Origin: Candidatus Woesearchaeota archaeon
Lineage (GTDB): Archaea > Nanobdellota > Nanobdellia > Pacearchaeales > GW2011-AR1
Length of the DNA stretch: 43,783 nt
Direction: 5' to 3'
Assembly: GCA_964518625.1 (NCBI GenBank)
Contig: CAZFHC010000004.1
Span: 1-43,783, forward strand
How positions within the stretch are numbered: position 1 is the stretch's first letter; each line of letters starts with the position of its first letter. The notes under the pieces are model-generated. The model did no database searches, had not been told where the DNA came from, and worked only from the letters and a program-made list of their open reading frames with translations. Of this stretch, positions 1-9,756 are shown in pieces. Both the position numbers and the translations under genes were made by a program.

Positions 1-191
1 TTTACTATTATTTTATCTTCTGTTTGTTCTACAATTGGAATATGTTTTTCTCCCTTATCTGGATCTTGAGTTTTTTCATTTTCTAAAATCATCGGTTGTC
101 CACAACAAACTAATTCACCAGCTCCTTCATTTAACACTTCAATAATATTCCCACATATTTCACATCTATAGATTTCTTTCTTGTTAGTCAT
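1..191 (-). CDS. dfx: Desulfoferrodoxin / 2Fe superoxide reductase, 5' part (runs off window)
   Basis: Not in ORF track. Manual translation from ATG 191: MTNKKEIYRCEICGNIIEVLNEGAGELVCCGQPMILENEKTQDPDKGEKHIPIV. Desulforedoxin CxxC...CCG centre plus EKH motif; TATA 23 nt upstream. Confidence 0.93.
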   Translation of the reverse strand, partial: MTNKKEIYRCEICGNIIEVLNEGAGELVCCGQPMILENEKTQDPDKGEKHIPIVEQTEDKIIV

Positions 192-262
192 ATTATTGTA
201 TGTCTTTTATTGTTTATATATATTGTTGACAACTGTAATAATCCTTAAAAAAATACAAGACT

Positions 263-844
263 CTAGTAATTTTCAGCTAATAATTCATAATGTGCTTGAG
301 GATGATCACAAGCTGGACATACCTCTGGTGCTTCTGTTCCTTCATGAACATATCCACAATTTCTACATTTCCATTTTACGACTTTTGGTTTCTCAAATAC
401 TGTTCCTTCTTTTACATTTGCTAATAATTTTCTATATCTTTTCTCATGTTCTGCTTCTACTTTTGCAATCTCTTCAAATTTGTTTGCTATTTCTTCAAAA
501 CCTTCACTTCTTGCTGTTTCTGCAAATTGTGGATATAAAATTTCCCATTCTTCATGTTCTCCATTTGCAGCTGCTTCTAAATTTTCTATTGTATGTCCAA
601 TTCTTCCTGATGGATAACTTGCTGTTATTTCTAATGCATCACCTGCACATTCATTTAGGAATTTAAAAAATATTTCTGCATGTTCTTTTTCATTTCCAGC
701 AGTTTCTGTAAATATAGAAAATATTTGAACATAACCCTCTTTCTTTGCGACTGATGCAAAATATGTGTATCTATTTCTTGCTTGGCTTTCACCAGCAAAT
801 GATTTCAATAAATTCTTTTCTGTCTCTGTTCCTTTTACATTCAT
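263..844 (-). CDS. rbr: Rubrerythrin
   Basis: Di-iron ExxH motifs (GESQARNRY, EKEH, EHEE, EAEH) and C-terminal rubredoxin domain CRNC...CPAC. Confidence 0.96.
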   Translation of the reverse strand: MNVKGTETEKNLLKSFAGESQARNRYTYFASVAKKEGYVQIFSIFTETAGNEKEHAEIFFKFLNECAGDALEITASYPSGRIGHTIENLEAAANGEHEEWEILYPQFAETARSEGFEEIANKFEEIAKVEAEHEKRYRKLLANVKEGTVFEKPKVVKWKCRNCGYVHEGTEAPEVCPACDHPQAHYELLAENY

Positions 845-865
845 ATGTTATAAAGTTGGTAAAGC

Positions 866-873
866 TTTTTATA
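866..873. promoter_or_regulatory. Shared bidirectional TATA element for rbr and the Trm5-like gene
   Basis: TTTTTATA lies 21 nt from ATG 844 (-) and 22 nt from ATG 896 (+); starts are 51 bp apart. Confidence 0.65.
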
Positions 874-895
874 CATTTCGTATCATTTATTAATA

Positions 896-1684
896 ATGAA
901 AGGTGTATCTCAAGATATTATAGGAAATATTGCAATTTTACGTTTTAGAAAATGGAAATTTCTATTTGTAAAGAAATATTTAGCTTGGCAATTTATGAAA
1001 ACGAATAAAGGACTTCAAACTGTTTTGGAAAAGATTGGAGATGTTAGTGGTGAATTAAGAATTGCTAAGGTTAGACATTTAATTGGTGATAAAACTTTTG
1101 AAACTATTTACAAAGAGAATGGATGTTCTTTTCAATTTAATGTTGCTGAAACTTACTTCTCACCAAGATTAAGCAATGAGAGGAAAATTATTAGTGATGA
1201 AGTATTGAAGTTATGTTCTAAGAGAAAGAAAACAAAAATTCTTGTTATGTTTGCTGGAGTTGCACCTTACCCTGTTGTGATTGCTAAAAAATTGAAGAGA
1301 GCAGGTTGCAATTTTGAGATATTTTCTAATGAGTTGAATGCTAGGGCTAATGAGTATGCTAAGAAAAATGTTAGATTAAATAAGTTGAAGGATTTTATTA
1401 CTTTTATTGATGGCGATGCTAGAAAAATTTCTCCTAAGAAGTATGGTAAGTTCGATATCATTTTGATGCCTCGTCCTAATCTAGAAGATAGTTTCTTGAA
1501 GAGTGCTTTAAAATTATCTAAAAAGGGAACGAGTATTTTTTATCATGGATTTGGGAAAAAAGAGGAAGTATTAGACGAAATAAAGAAAGATACTAAGAAT
1601 AAGATTGGTCGAATTCAAATTCGGAAAGCTGGAGATATTGCTCCTCATAAATATCGTTGGCAAGCTATGTTTAAAGTTAAGTAA
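896..1684 (+). CDS. Trm5/Taw2 (Met-10+-like) class I SAM-dependent tRNA methyltransferase, lacking N-terminal D1 domain
   Basis: DIIGNIAI, ENGCSF...TYFSPRLSNER, MFAGVAPY SAM motif, ELN, MPRP. Confidence 0.85.
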   Translation: MKGVSQDIIGNIAILRFRKWKFLFVKKYLAWQFMKTNKGLQTVLEKIGDVSGELRIAKVRHLIGDKTFETIYKENGCSFQFNVAETYFSPRLSNERKIISDEVLKLCSKRKKTKILVMFAGVAPYPVVIAKKLKRAGCNFEIFSNELNARANEYAKKNVRLNKLKDFITFIDGDARKISPKKYGKFDIILMPRPNLEDSFLKSALKLSKKGTSIFYHGFGKKEEVLDEIKKDTKNKIGRIQIRKAGDIAPHKYRWQAMFKVK

Positions 1685-1690
1685 ATTTAT

Positions 1691-2824
1691 TTAACAAATT
1701 CCTAAGAGCATCTTGATTGGTTCTAGTAATAAATATACTGACAATACTAACATTATTATTGCTGCACCTAATTTCATCCAAGTTCTTTCATTTGTACTCC
1801 ATTTTTGTAATCTTTCTGGAGACATTCCTTTGTAAATTAATAAAGTTATTACGATTAGAGGTAGGACAAATATTAGATTGTAAATTAATAGGTAAATGTA
1901 TGAAGCTGTTACGTGTTGAGATAGCATTGTAATAATTGCTAGATAAACTCCACCTGTGCATGGTAATTCAAATAGAGCTACGAAAACTCCAAGAATTAAA
2001 ATTGCTAATAATGTACCTTTCTTTGAATATTTTTCTAATAATGGTTTTAATTTTGTTGGAATTTTTAGAATAGAAGTTTTACCTTTTTTAGCGAAGATGT
2101 AATCTCTAAATTCTACTACTGACAAACCTAACACGAATATACCAACGAATAAATAAATAAATTTTCTAATTGTTGTCATACTTTGAATTACGGCAAACAA
2201 TCCTAATCCTGCTAAGAAATATGTTATGAAAATTACTGATGTATAAATCAAACCTGCCTTAAGTGCTCTTTTTGATGATCCTAAATTTAGAAGTGATATC
2301 ATAAGAAAAATTATCACTCCAAAAGCACATGGGTTTATTGAATCAATTAATGCGGCAACTATTAGTAACGAAAAGCTTCTTGTTGAAAGTTTTCCTTGTT
2401 CTGTTACATCATGATTAAAATTATCTTCAATTATACATCGGACTCTTTCAATCATTGAGATATCTTGTTCGTAATTTATTTCATCTTCTAATAATGATTT
2501 AGAGTCCTGAATAATAGGTGTATCTCCTACTAGATATTTCAATTCTTCATCTTGTTTTATTACTAAAAGAGGAACTCCTCTTGGCATTTTTATTTGATTA
2601 TGAAAATTGGAATATATTTCATATCCTACTGGTGTTGAAATATCATATTGTTCTAATATTATATTTTCTATTTTTGCAAGTTCTTCTAGAATTCCTGATT
2701 CTGCAACATTTGCACAATGTGGACAACCTGGACTATAAAATTCATAGATATTTGTTTGAGCAAATACAGTTGTAATTGATAAAATTAAAAATATTGTCAG
2801 GAATAATCCTCTTTTTGCGTTCAT
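1691..2824 (-). CDS. ccdA: Thioredoxin-like (CPHC) domain fused to CcdA/DsbD-type transmembrane domain
   Basis: Signal peptide, FYSPGCPHC, then ~6 TM helices with INPCAF and ELPCTG cysteines. Confidence 0.8.
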   Translation of the reverse strand: MNAKRGLFLTIFLILSITTVFAQTNIYEFYSPGCPHCANVAESGILEELAKIENIILEQYDISTPVGYEIYSNFHNQIKMPRGVPLLVIKQDEELKYLVGDTPIIQDSKSLLEDEINYEQDISMIERVRCIIEDNFNHDVTEQGKLSTRSFSLLIVAALIDSINPCAFGVIIFLMISLLNLGSSKRALKAGLIYTSVIFITYFLAGLGLFAVIQSMTTIRKFIYLFVGIFVLGLSVVEFRDYIFAKKGKTSILKIPTKLKPLLEKYSKKGTLLAILILGVFVALFELPCTGGVYLAIITMLSQHVTASYIYLLIYNLIFVLPLIVITLLIYKGMSPERLQKWSTNERTWMKLGAAIIMLVLSVYLLLEPIKMLLGIC

Positions 2825-2854
2825 AATAAAAATTATAGATAAGAGTTTAAAAAT

Positions 2855-3769
2855 TTATTCTAATTTTTGCAAATATTCATGTGCTGAGTAAGCTGCTATT
2901 GCACCATTTCCTGCTGCTGTTACTATTTGTTTTAATGGTGTATTTGTAATATCTCCCGCTGCAAAAACTCCTGGAATGCTTGTTTCCATTTTACTATTAA
3001 CTTCAATATATCCTTTTCCACTACAGTTCATCCCTAGACTTGTTGAGAGTTTAACACATGGCAGAGCTCCAATTTCTACAAAAATTCCATCTGTATTTAT
3101 TATTTTTTCTTCACCCTCTACTTTGATTTTAATTTGTTTTACTTTCTCTTCTCCAATAATTTCTTCTGGTGTTGCATTATATATTATTTCTATATTATTT
3201 TTTTTGTCTATTCTTTTATAATAAATTGGCTCACATCTTAATTTACCTCTTCTATAAATCAATGTTACTTTTTTTGCTACATCTGCTAAGTATAATGTTG
3301 CTTTTGCTGCTGCATCAGCTCCGCCAATTACAACGACTTCTTTATCTTTGAAAAACATTCCATCACACGTAGCACAATAACTAACTCCTTTTCCAACTAG
3401 TTTTGCTTCACCTGGAATTTCTAATTTTTTATGTAATGTTCCATTTGCAAATATTACTGTTTTAGCTTCTATTTTTGTTCCATTTGCTTCTACTACAAAT
3501 CCATATTCTGTTTTTATTATGTTTTCAATTTGTGCAAAAACATATTCTGCTCCATATTCTTTAGAGTGATCTTGAAAATTATTAATTAATTCCATTCCAC
3601 CGATTGTCTTTGTCCCTGGCCAATTTTCTATTTCGCCTGCATTACATGTTGCTCCTAAATCTTTTCCTACTACTGCGACTGTTCTTGCGTATCGTCCTAG
3701 ATATAATGCTGCTGTTGCTCCCGCTGCGCCTCCTCCTATTACTAATACATCATACTGCTTTAGTCCCAT
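2855..3769 (-). CDS. trxB: Thioredoxin reductase
   Basis: GGGAAG FAD motif, GVSYCATCDG, VVIGG NADPH motif, GVFAAGD. Confidence 0.95.
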   Translation of the reverse strand: MGLKQYDVLVIGGGAAGATAALYLGRYARTVAVVGKDLGATCNAGEIENWPGTKTIGGMELINNFQDHSKEYGAEYVFAQIENIIKTEYGFVVEANGTKIEAKTVIFANGTLHKKLEIPGEAKLVGKGVSYCATCDGMFFKDKEVVVIGGADAAAKATLYLADVAKKVTLIYRRGKLRCEPIYYKRIDKKNNIEIIYNATPEEIIGEEKVKQIKIKVEGEEKIINTDGIFVEIGALPCVKLSTSLGMNCSGKGYIEVNSKMETSIPGVFAAGDITNTPLKQIVTAAGNGAIAAYSAHEYLQKLE

Positions 3770-3874
3770 ATTGCAGAAAAGCCACCGTACTTTAAAAATA
3801 TATCTTAGTATGGATTTTTAAAAAAGCTTTTAGCTTTTCAATAAATTTAAATAACTATATCTCCCTTTTTTGTT

Positions 3875-4963
3875 ATGGTTGAATTAAGTATAGATGAAAG
3901 ATTAAAATTGATTCATGAGGTCGGTGAAGAAATTATTGGTGAAGAGGAATTAATTGAATTATTAAAAAGTGGGAAAACACCAATTGCTTATGATGGGTTT
4001 GAACCTTCTGGAAAAATTCATATTGCACAAGGATTACTTAGAGCAATTAATGTTAATAAACTTACGAAAGCAGGAATAAAATTTAGATTTTGGGTTGCTG
4101 ATTGGTTTGGAATGCTTAATAATAAAATGGGAGGAGATCTTGAAAGAATAAGAATTGTTGGAGAATATTTTATTGAAGTTTGGAAAGCTTGTGGAATGAA
4201 TTTGGAAAATGTAGAATTTATCTGGACAAGTGAATTCATTAAAGAACATCCAGAATATTGGACTACTGTTTTGAAACTTTCTATGAATGCTACTGTTCAA
4301 AGAGTTCTTAGATGTGGTCAAATTATGGGAAGAGAAGAATCTACTTCAAACCCATCTTCACAAATTTTATATCCTTTAATGCAAGCAGCTGATATTCATC
4401 ATTTGGAAGCAGATATTGCTCAATTGGGAATGGATCAAAGAAAAGTAAATATGCTTGCTCGTGATGTTTTCCCTAAATTAGGGTTTGTTCCGCCAATTGT
4501 TATAAGTCATCATATGTTAATGGGATTGACTGAACCAAAGGTTGCGGGAGTTACTGGTGTTGATGCAGCTATTGCTAAAAAAATGAGTAAATCAAATCCT
4601 AATTCTGCTATTTTTATGACTGATAGTGAAAATATAATTCAAAAAAAATTCAAAAAGGCTTATTGTCCTGAGGGTCAAGTGGAAGATAACCCTGTTTTAG
4701 AATATTTTAAGTTTATTGTTTTTGAAAAATATAATAAGATCTTAGTTGAAAGACCTGAAAAATTTGGTGGTAATTTAGAATTTAATTCTTATGAAGAATT
4801 AGAACAAACTTTTGTTGATAAAAAAGTTCATCCTTTGGATATAAAGAATACTTGTGCTAAATATATTAATGAACTTTTGAATCCTGTTCGGAAACATTTT
4901 GAAGAGAATGAAGATGCTAAAAAATTGTTAGAACAAGTGAATAGTTTTCAAGTTACTAAATAG
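3875..4963 (+). CDS. tyrS: Tyrosyl-tRNA synthetase (archaeal type)
   Basis: AYDGFEPSGKIHIAQ (HIGH-like), YPLMQAAD, QLGMDQRK, KMSKS. Confidence 0.96.
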   Translation: MVELSIDERLKLIHEVGEEIIGEEELIELLKSGKTPIAYDGFEPSGKIHIAQGLLRAINVNKLTKAGIKFRFWVADWFGMLNNKMGGDLERIRIVGEYFIEVWKACGMNLENVEFIWTSEFIKEHPEYWTTVLKLSMNATVQRVLRCGQIMGREESTSNPSSQILYPLMQAADIHHLEADIAQLGMDQRKVNMLARDVFPKLGFVPPIVISHHMLMGLTEPKVAGVTGVDAAIAKKMSKSNPNSAIFMTDSENIIQKKFKKAYCPEGQVEDNPVLEYFKFIVFEKYNKILVERPEKFGGNLEFNSYEELEQTFVDKKVHPLDIKNTCAKYINELLNPVRKHFEENEDAKKLLEQVNSFQVTK

Positions 4964-5038
4964 TTTTTAGACCATTATCCTACATAATATACTTTTGAGC
5001 AGCATATTCTTTAAAAATAATTAGTGTATTTGATAGCT

Positions 5039-5857
5039 ATGAGTAAACGATGTGCTATTTGTAAGACTCCTTGGGATCAAACTAATCTGTTTGAAGGAGT
5101 CTATGAAAATGAAATGATTATGGTTTGTGCAGATTGTGCTAGAGAAGAGAATATTCCAATTATTAGAAAACCAACTTCTGAGCAGTTAGAAAAAGCTGAA
5201 ATTAGATATTCTGTTAGGGAGAGAATGGAAAGACTTTCTGGAATGAATAAACCTAAGAGGTTAAATAGAGAGCAGAAAATTGTTCAGAGTAATTTAGGTA
5301 AATTAAAAATGCCCGAACCTAAACAGAAAAATGATAGTGTTCTTGATAATTATTATTGGACTTTAAATATGGCTAGAAGAAGAAAAAAAATGACTATAAA
5401 TCAGGTTTCTCAACAGACTGGAATTTCTAGTGTGGTTATTAATTCGATAGAAAGAGGACAAATTCCTATTGATTTTCAAGAAGTATTTTTTAAATTAGAA
5501 ACTTATTTTAGAATTAAGTTATTGAAATTTCATAAATCTAAAGTTAATTATGTTCTTAATAGTGAGGAAGAGAATGATTTGATTGAAGAAGTTAAAACTA
5601 ATATTTCTAAAGCTGAAATATTTGATGAAGAAAAAGAGTTAGAAGATGTTGATAAATTGCGAAAAGAACGAGCTGAAAAATTAAAGAAATTAAAGAATGG
5701 GAAATTGGATTTTTCTAAGAGAAAGAGTTTGAATAGTCTTACTTTGAATGATTTGGTTGATATGAAGAAGAATAGAGAAAAAGAAAAAGTTAGACAAAGG
5801 ATTCAAGAGCAAACTGAAGATTTGTTCGGTGAAGATTTAGAACTTGATGAAGCTTAA
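5039..5857 (+). CDS. aMBF1-like protein (Zn ribbon + XRE HTH) with charged C-terminal extension
   Basis: CAIC...VCADC; LNMARRRKKMTINQVSQQTGISSVVINSIERG. Start moved to ATG 5039 (TATA 21 nt upstream). Confidence 0.75.
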   Translation: MSKRCAICKTPWDQTNLFEGVYENEMIMVCADCAREENIPIIRKPTSEQLEKAEIRYSVRERMERLSGMNKPKRLNREQKIVQSNLGKLKMPEPKQKNDSVLDNYYWTLNMARRRKKMTINQVSQQTGISSVVINSIERGQIPIDFQEVFFKLETYFRIKLLKFHKSKVNYVLNSEEENDLIEEVKTNISKAEIFDEEKELEDVDKLRKERAEKLKKLKNGKLDFSKRKSLNSLTLNDLVDMKKNREKEKVRQRIQEQTEDLFGEDLELDEA

Positions 5858-5951
5858 ATTTATATTAAAAAATTTTATTTTTACTATAGATAAATTAAAT
5901 TGATTTGCAAAATTAACTATTTTTACTTATTCTTTTGTTTCATGTTTAAAA

Positions 5952-6578
5952 TTAACCTAAATATCTTAATCTTCCTGGACGTGGTTCGTAAATTACGCCT
6001 TCTTCCAATAGTTTCTTAATCTCTGAATTTATTAAATCTGGACTTGATTCTGTATCCATTATTATTTTATCAATATCAATCCCTCCATCAATTTCAGCAT
6101 CCTTAATTTGCTTCATTACTGTGTCTTTTAATTCATATCCACCTTTTTCATCTGAATCCATATCTTTTCTTGAATTTTGAATTTCTAATTTTCTTACTAA
6201 CAACCATCTTGGATCTACTTTTTTCAGAACTTCTGGAATTAAGTATATTTCATTATTCCATTCTCTTACATTTGCGATAATTTGTAGAGTATCTCCTTGT
6301 AATATGTCTTTTATTATTTCTATATCTTCACCGAAAACTTTGATTCTTATTTGTCCTGATGCATCATCTATTGTTAAAGATCCGAACTTTCTCTCTCCTT
6401 CGCTAACATATTTATCTATACAGTTTGCTAAAAGATTCACTCTTACAACTTTTTTGTCTCCATGTTCTAAATATAAAAAACGTCCTTCTGATGTTATTGG
6501 TTTACTCTTTAATATATCACCAATTCGTACTTTGTACGCTACATTCCTTTTTCTAGATTCAGTATTTATTGCATCCAT
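5952..6578 (-). CDS. RPA2/RPA32-like OB-fold ssDNA-binding protein with C-terminal winged helix
   Basis: RVNLLAN, TIDDASGQIRIKVF, C-terminal LLEEGVIYEPRPGRL. Confidence 0.8.
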   Translation of the reverse strand: MDAINTESRKRNVAYKVRIGDILKSKPITSEGRFLYLEHGDKKVVRVNLLANCIDKYVSEGERKFGSLTIDDASGQIRIKVFGEDIEIIKDILQGDTLQIIANVREWNNEIYLIPEVLKKVDPRWLLVRKLEIQNSRKDMDSDEKGGYELKDTVMKQIKDAEIDGGIDIDKIIMDTESSPDLINSEIKKLLEEGVIYEPRPGRLRYLG

Positions 6579-6672
6579 AGATTATAGATAACAACTTCCT
6601 TTAAAAGAATTATTGGTTTTGAGTCTTACTTTCATTCTAAAAGTTTAAAAATTAGGCATGCTTGGATAATTT

Positions 6673-7143
6673 ATGAATAAGAAGGGATTGACACCAGTTA
6701 TTGCAACTGCATTATTGATTAGTTTAGTTGTTATTTTATCTTCTATTGTTTTTCTTTGGGCGAGAGGATTTGTTAGTGAACAAATTCAGAAATTTAATCA
6801 GCCTATTGATTTTTTATGTGAGAGAGTTGAATGGACTGTTAATATTGCTGAATCTGGAACAAATTTTATAGTTCAAGCTAATAATAGGGGAAATGTGCCG
6901 ATTTATGGATTTAGTGCAAAAAAAATTTCAGGTGGTACCGAAGAGAGTAAGCAATATAAATTGACTTTATCGGAAGGTCAAGCTAATGAGATTATCGTTG
7001 ATTTAAGATTGGATAATGGGGAAAGACCTGACGAAATTGTTTTTAGTCCTTCGTTACTTGGTAATGTAATTGGAAAAGAGGATTCAAAAAAGGCTTATGT
7101 CTGTTTGACTAGTGCAAAAAGATATTTTCCACAAAAATTATAA
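6673..7143 (+). CDS. Archaeal type IV pilin-like protein
   Basis: Class III signal peptide MNKKG/LTPVIATALLISLVV. Confidence 0.8.
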   Translation: MNKKGLTPVIATALLISLVVILSSIVFLWARGFVSEQIQKFNQPIDFLCERVEWTVNIAESGTNFIVQANNRGNVPIYGFSAKKISGGTEESKQYKLTLSEGQANEIIVDLRLDNGERPDEIVFSPSLLGNVIGKEDSKKAYVCLTSAKRYFPQKL

Positions 7144-7191
7144 TTTTATTTTATAGAAAAGGTATAAATATTATGAGTTCTTTTCTAGTAT

Positions 7192-7476
7192 GTGAGTGTT
7201 GAAAAAGAAAAAACTATGCTTGATTTGGATTCTATTTCTAGATTGATCTTAGAGAAAGATATTGAGACTGTTGTTTTACCTAGAGAATCTTATTTTTTGA
7301 ATCATTTGAATTTGGGGAATAAAGGAATTTTTCAGATGACAAAACAGTTTGGAAATATTAATGAGATTATTAATGCGAAACTTGATGAGTTTAGTAGTAT
7401 AATTAAATCAAAAGATATAAAAGAAGATATCATGACTTTAGTTGATCAGATATTGGATGAGAAGGTAATATTATAA
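7192..7476 (+). CDS. Hypothetical protein, possible degenerate helix-hairpin-helix
   Basis: LGNKGIFQMTKQFGNINEIINA loosely resembles XPF/UvrC (HhH)2; stop overlaps next ATG. Confidence 0.5.
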   Translation: MSVEKEKTMLDLDSISRLILEKDIETVVLPRESYFLNHLNLGNKGIFQMTKQFGNINEIINAKLDEFSSIIKSKDIKEDIMTLVDQILDEKVIL

Positions 7477-8507
7477 TGTTAAACAAAGATGAACTTCAAG
7501 AATTGCGTGGATTTTTAGAGAATTCTCAGAATCCATTGTTTCTTTTTGATAATGATGCAGACGGATTATGTTCTTTTGCTATTTTAAAAAGGGCTTTGGG
7601 TAGAGGTCGAGGAGTTCCTATTAAATCTTATCCTGATTTAAGTGCACAATACATTCGTAGAGTGAATGAATTTAATCCTGATTCCGTTTTTATTTTGGAT
7701 AAGGCTGAGGTCTCTAAAGAATTTATTGATGAAGTTACTCAGAGAAATATTCCTATTGTTTGGATTGATCATCATTTATCTCAGACTACTCAGGAGCTTA
7801 AGGATAGAACTAATTATTATAATACTTATCCTTCGGCTGAGCCTGTTACTTTTAGTGCACAGAAAATTTTTAATAGACAAGAGGATTTGTTTTTAGCTTT
7901 AATTGGTTGTATTTCAGATGTTTATATGCCTAATTTTGGAAAGAAATTTTCTAAAAATTATCCTGAATTGTTTAATTATGAGTTATCAGCATTTGATGCT
8001 TTACATGCTAGTGAAATTGGTAAATTTGCAAGGATGTTAAACTTTGGTTTGATGAATACTACGACGAATGTTGTTCGTTTGATGAGATATTTGGAAGAAA
8101 TTAATGGGCCTTATGATTTATTGGAAGAGAATAATAAAACGAGAGAATTCCATAAGAGATATCAAGAATTGAATGCTGAATTGATAAAGTTGACCGAGAA
8201 GGCTAGAAAAATTGTAGATAAAAATTCTAAAGTTATTTGGTTTTCGTATGAAGGTAGAACTTCTATGTCTGCTGTTTTATCTAATCAGTTATATTATGAA
8301 AATAAAGATAAAATTATTTTTGTTGCTTATCGTAGGCCTGATAAAATCAATTTGTCTATTCGTGGTGAGGGTGCATTGAAGATCACAAATATGATTACTG
8401 AGAATATTGAAGGTGCGACTGGTGGTGGGCATGAGGAAGCTACTGGTGCAATGATTCCGGCAATTAGTTTTGATAAGTTAAAGACATTGGTTGCTGCGAT
8501 TGGATAA
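7476..8507 (+). CDS. DHH/DHHA1 phosphoesterase (RecJ/NrnA-like)
   Basis: FDNDADG, ILD, IDHH, GGGHEEATG. Confidence 0.88.
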   Translation: MLNKDELQELRGFLENSQNPLFLFDNDADGLCSFAILKRALGRGRGVPIKSYPDLSAQYIRRVNEFNPDSVFILDKAEVSKEFIDEVTQRNIPIVWIDHHLSQTTQELKDRTNYYNTYPSAEPVTFSAQKIFNRQEDLFLALIGCISDVYMPNFGKKFSKNYPELFNYELSAFDALHASEIGKFARMLNFGLMNTTTNVVRLMRYLEEINGPYDLLEENNKTREFHKRYQELNAELIKLTEKARKIVDKNSKVIWFSYEGRTSMSAVLSNQLYYENKDKIIFVAYRRPDKINLSIRGEGALKITNMITENIEGATGGGHEEATGAMIPAISFDKLKTLVAAIG

Positions 8508-8570
8508 TATTAGAAAAGTGGAAATATTTTTAGATAATTTAATAAGTTCTATCTTCTTTGTGAATTTAAT

Positions 8571-9173
8571 ATGGTAATTAAGTTAGAGACTGATAGATTG
8601 ATTCTGAGAAAGCCTAGAATGAGTGATGCTAAAATATTAACAAATAATTGTGATGATGTTGCAATTAAAGGATTTTTTATGCCATATCCTTCTAAGAGTG
8701 AGGATTTTAAAAAATTGATTGAAATATGTATTGAGGAGTGGATTGAAAAGATAAGGTATTGGTTTATTTTGGAGCGTAAGTCTGATGGAAAGGTCGTGGG
8801 ATTTTCTGGGGTGAGAGATGTTGATAATTATAATAATACTGGTTATTTATCTTACTGGATTTTTAGAGATTTTAGAAGAAAAGGATATTTGATTGAAGCG
8901 AATATTGCAATAAATGATTTTTGTTTTGAAACATTAGAATTGCAAAAATTAAAAAGTGAAGTCGCAACTTTTAACAAATCTTCTATTTCTTTTCTATTAA
9001 AACTTGGAATGACAAAAGAAGGACTTTTGAGAAGAGATAATTATAATCCTTATTTGAAAGAATATACTGATATGAAATGGTTTGCATTGTTTAAGGAAGA
9101 TTGGGATAATGTTAGAGGAAAATTAGTGAGAGAGTTAAAAGTAAAAATTGATTTTCTAAATAAGAATCTATAA
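8571..9173 (+). CDS. GNAT N-acetyltransferase, RimJ/RimL family
   Basis: LETDRLILR, YW...FRRKGY, NKSSISFLLKLG..EGLLR. Confidence 0.88.
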   Translation: MVIKLETDRLILRKPRMSDAKILTNNCDDVAIKGFFMPYPSKSEDFKKLIEICIEEWIEKIRYWFILERKSDGKVVGFSGVRDVDNYNNTGYLSYWIFRDFRRKGYLIEANIAINDFCFETLELQKLKSEVATFNKSSISFLLKLGMTKEGLLRRDNYNPYLKEYTDMKWFALFKEDWDNVRGKLVRELKVKIDFLNKNL

Positions 9174-9179
9174 ATATAA

Positions 9180-9260
9180 CGCCCACGCCAGGAGTCGAAC
9201 CTGGGCGCCCAAAAGGGCCAAGAGTTCCAGTCTTGTGCAATACCGTTATGCGACGTGGGC
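9180..9260 (-). tRNA. tRNA-Ser(GGA)
   Basis: Acceptor GCCCACG/CGTGGGC, G73; anticodon arm CAAGA-CTGGAAC-TCTTG; variable arm GCCC-TTTT-GGGC; T arm CCAGG-TTCGACT-CCTGG. No CCA, no intron. Confidence 0.96.
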
Positions 9261-9329
9261 TTGATAATCCAAAGTCTAATCCATTTTTAAAATTAATTAA
9301 ATTTATTAATACAAAAGACATCTTCTTTT

Positions 9330-9677
9330 ATGGCAACATTAATGACAAACGATGAAAGAGAATATTACAGAAGCCAAGTTAAACTAGCAAAAGCTCAAAA
9401 AAAATCTCTGAAAAATCAAGATGCCATTTTAAGAGAACAAGTTAAAATATCAAAAGAACAAACGGAATATTCAAACATATTAATGTGGGCCACAGTGGTT
9501 TTGGCTTTAGCAGGAAGTGCTCAAGTTATATATTATTTTGAAATTTTTAGTCAAGAGATGATTAAAGACATTTATGATGTTATTGCACTAATTATTCTTG
9601 GAATAATTTTAATATCAATAGTATTCATTTTGACAAGATTAATTTCTATTTTAAAGTTAAAATCTAATAATGAATAA
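9330..9677 (+). CDS. Hypothetical protein, coiled-coil N-terminus and two TM helices
   Basis: 115-aa ORF; codons look A/C-rich compared with neighbours. Confidence 0.65.
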   Translation: MATLMTNDEREYYRSQVKLAKAQKKSLKNQDAILREQVKISKEQTEYSNILMWATVVLALAGSAQVIYYFEIFSQEMIKDIYDVIALIILGIILISIVFILTRLISILKLKSNNE

Positions 9678-9756
9678 AGTTGTATTAATTTATTTTCAAA
9701 TTCATTTAAATATAAATCTCCAAAACTTTTATAAATTTTAATAACTTTTTTAGGAC

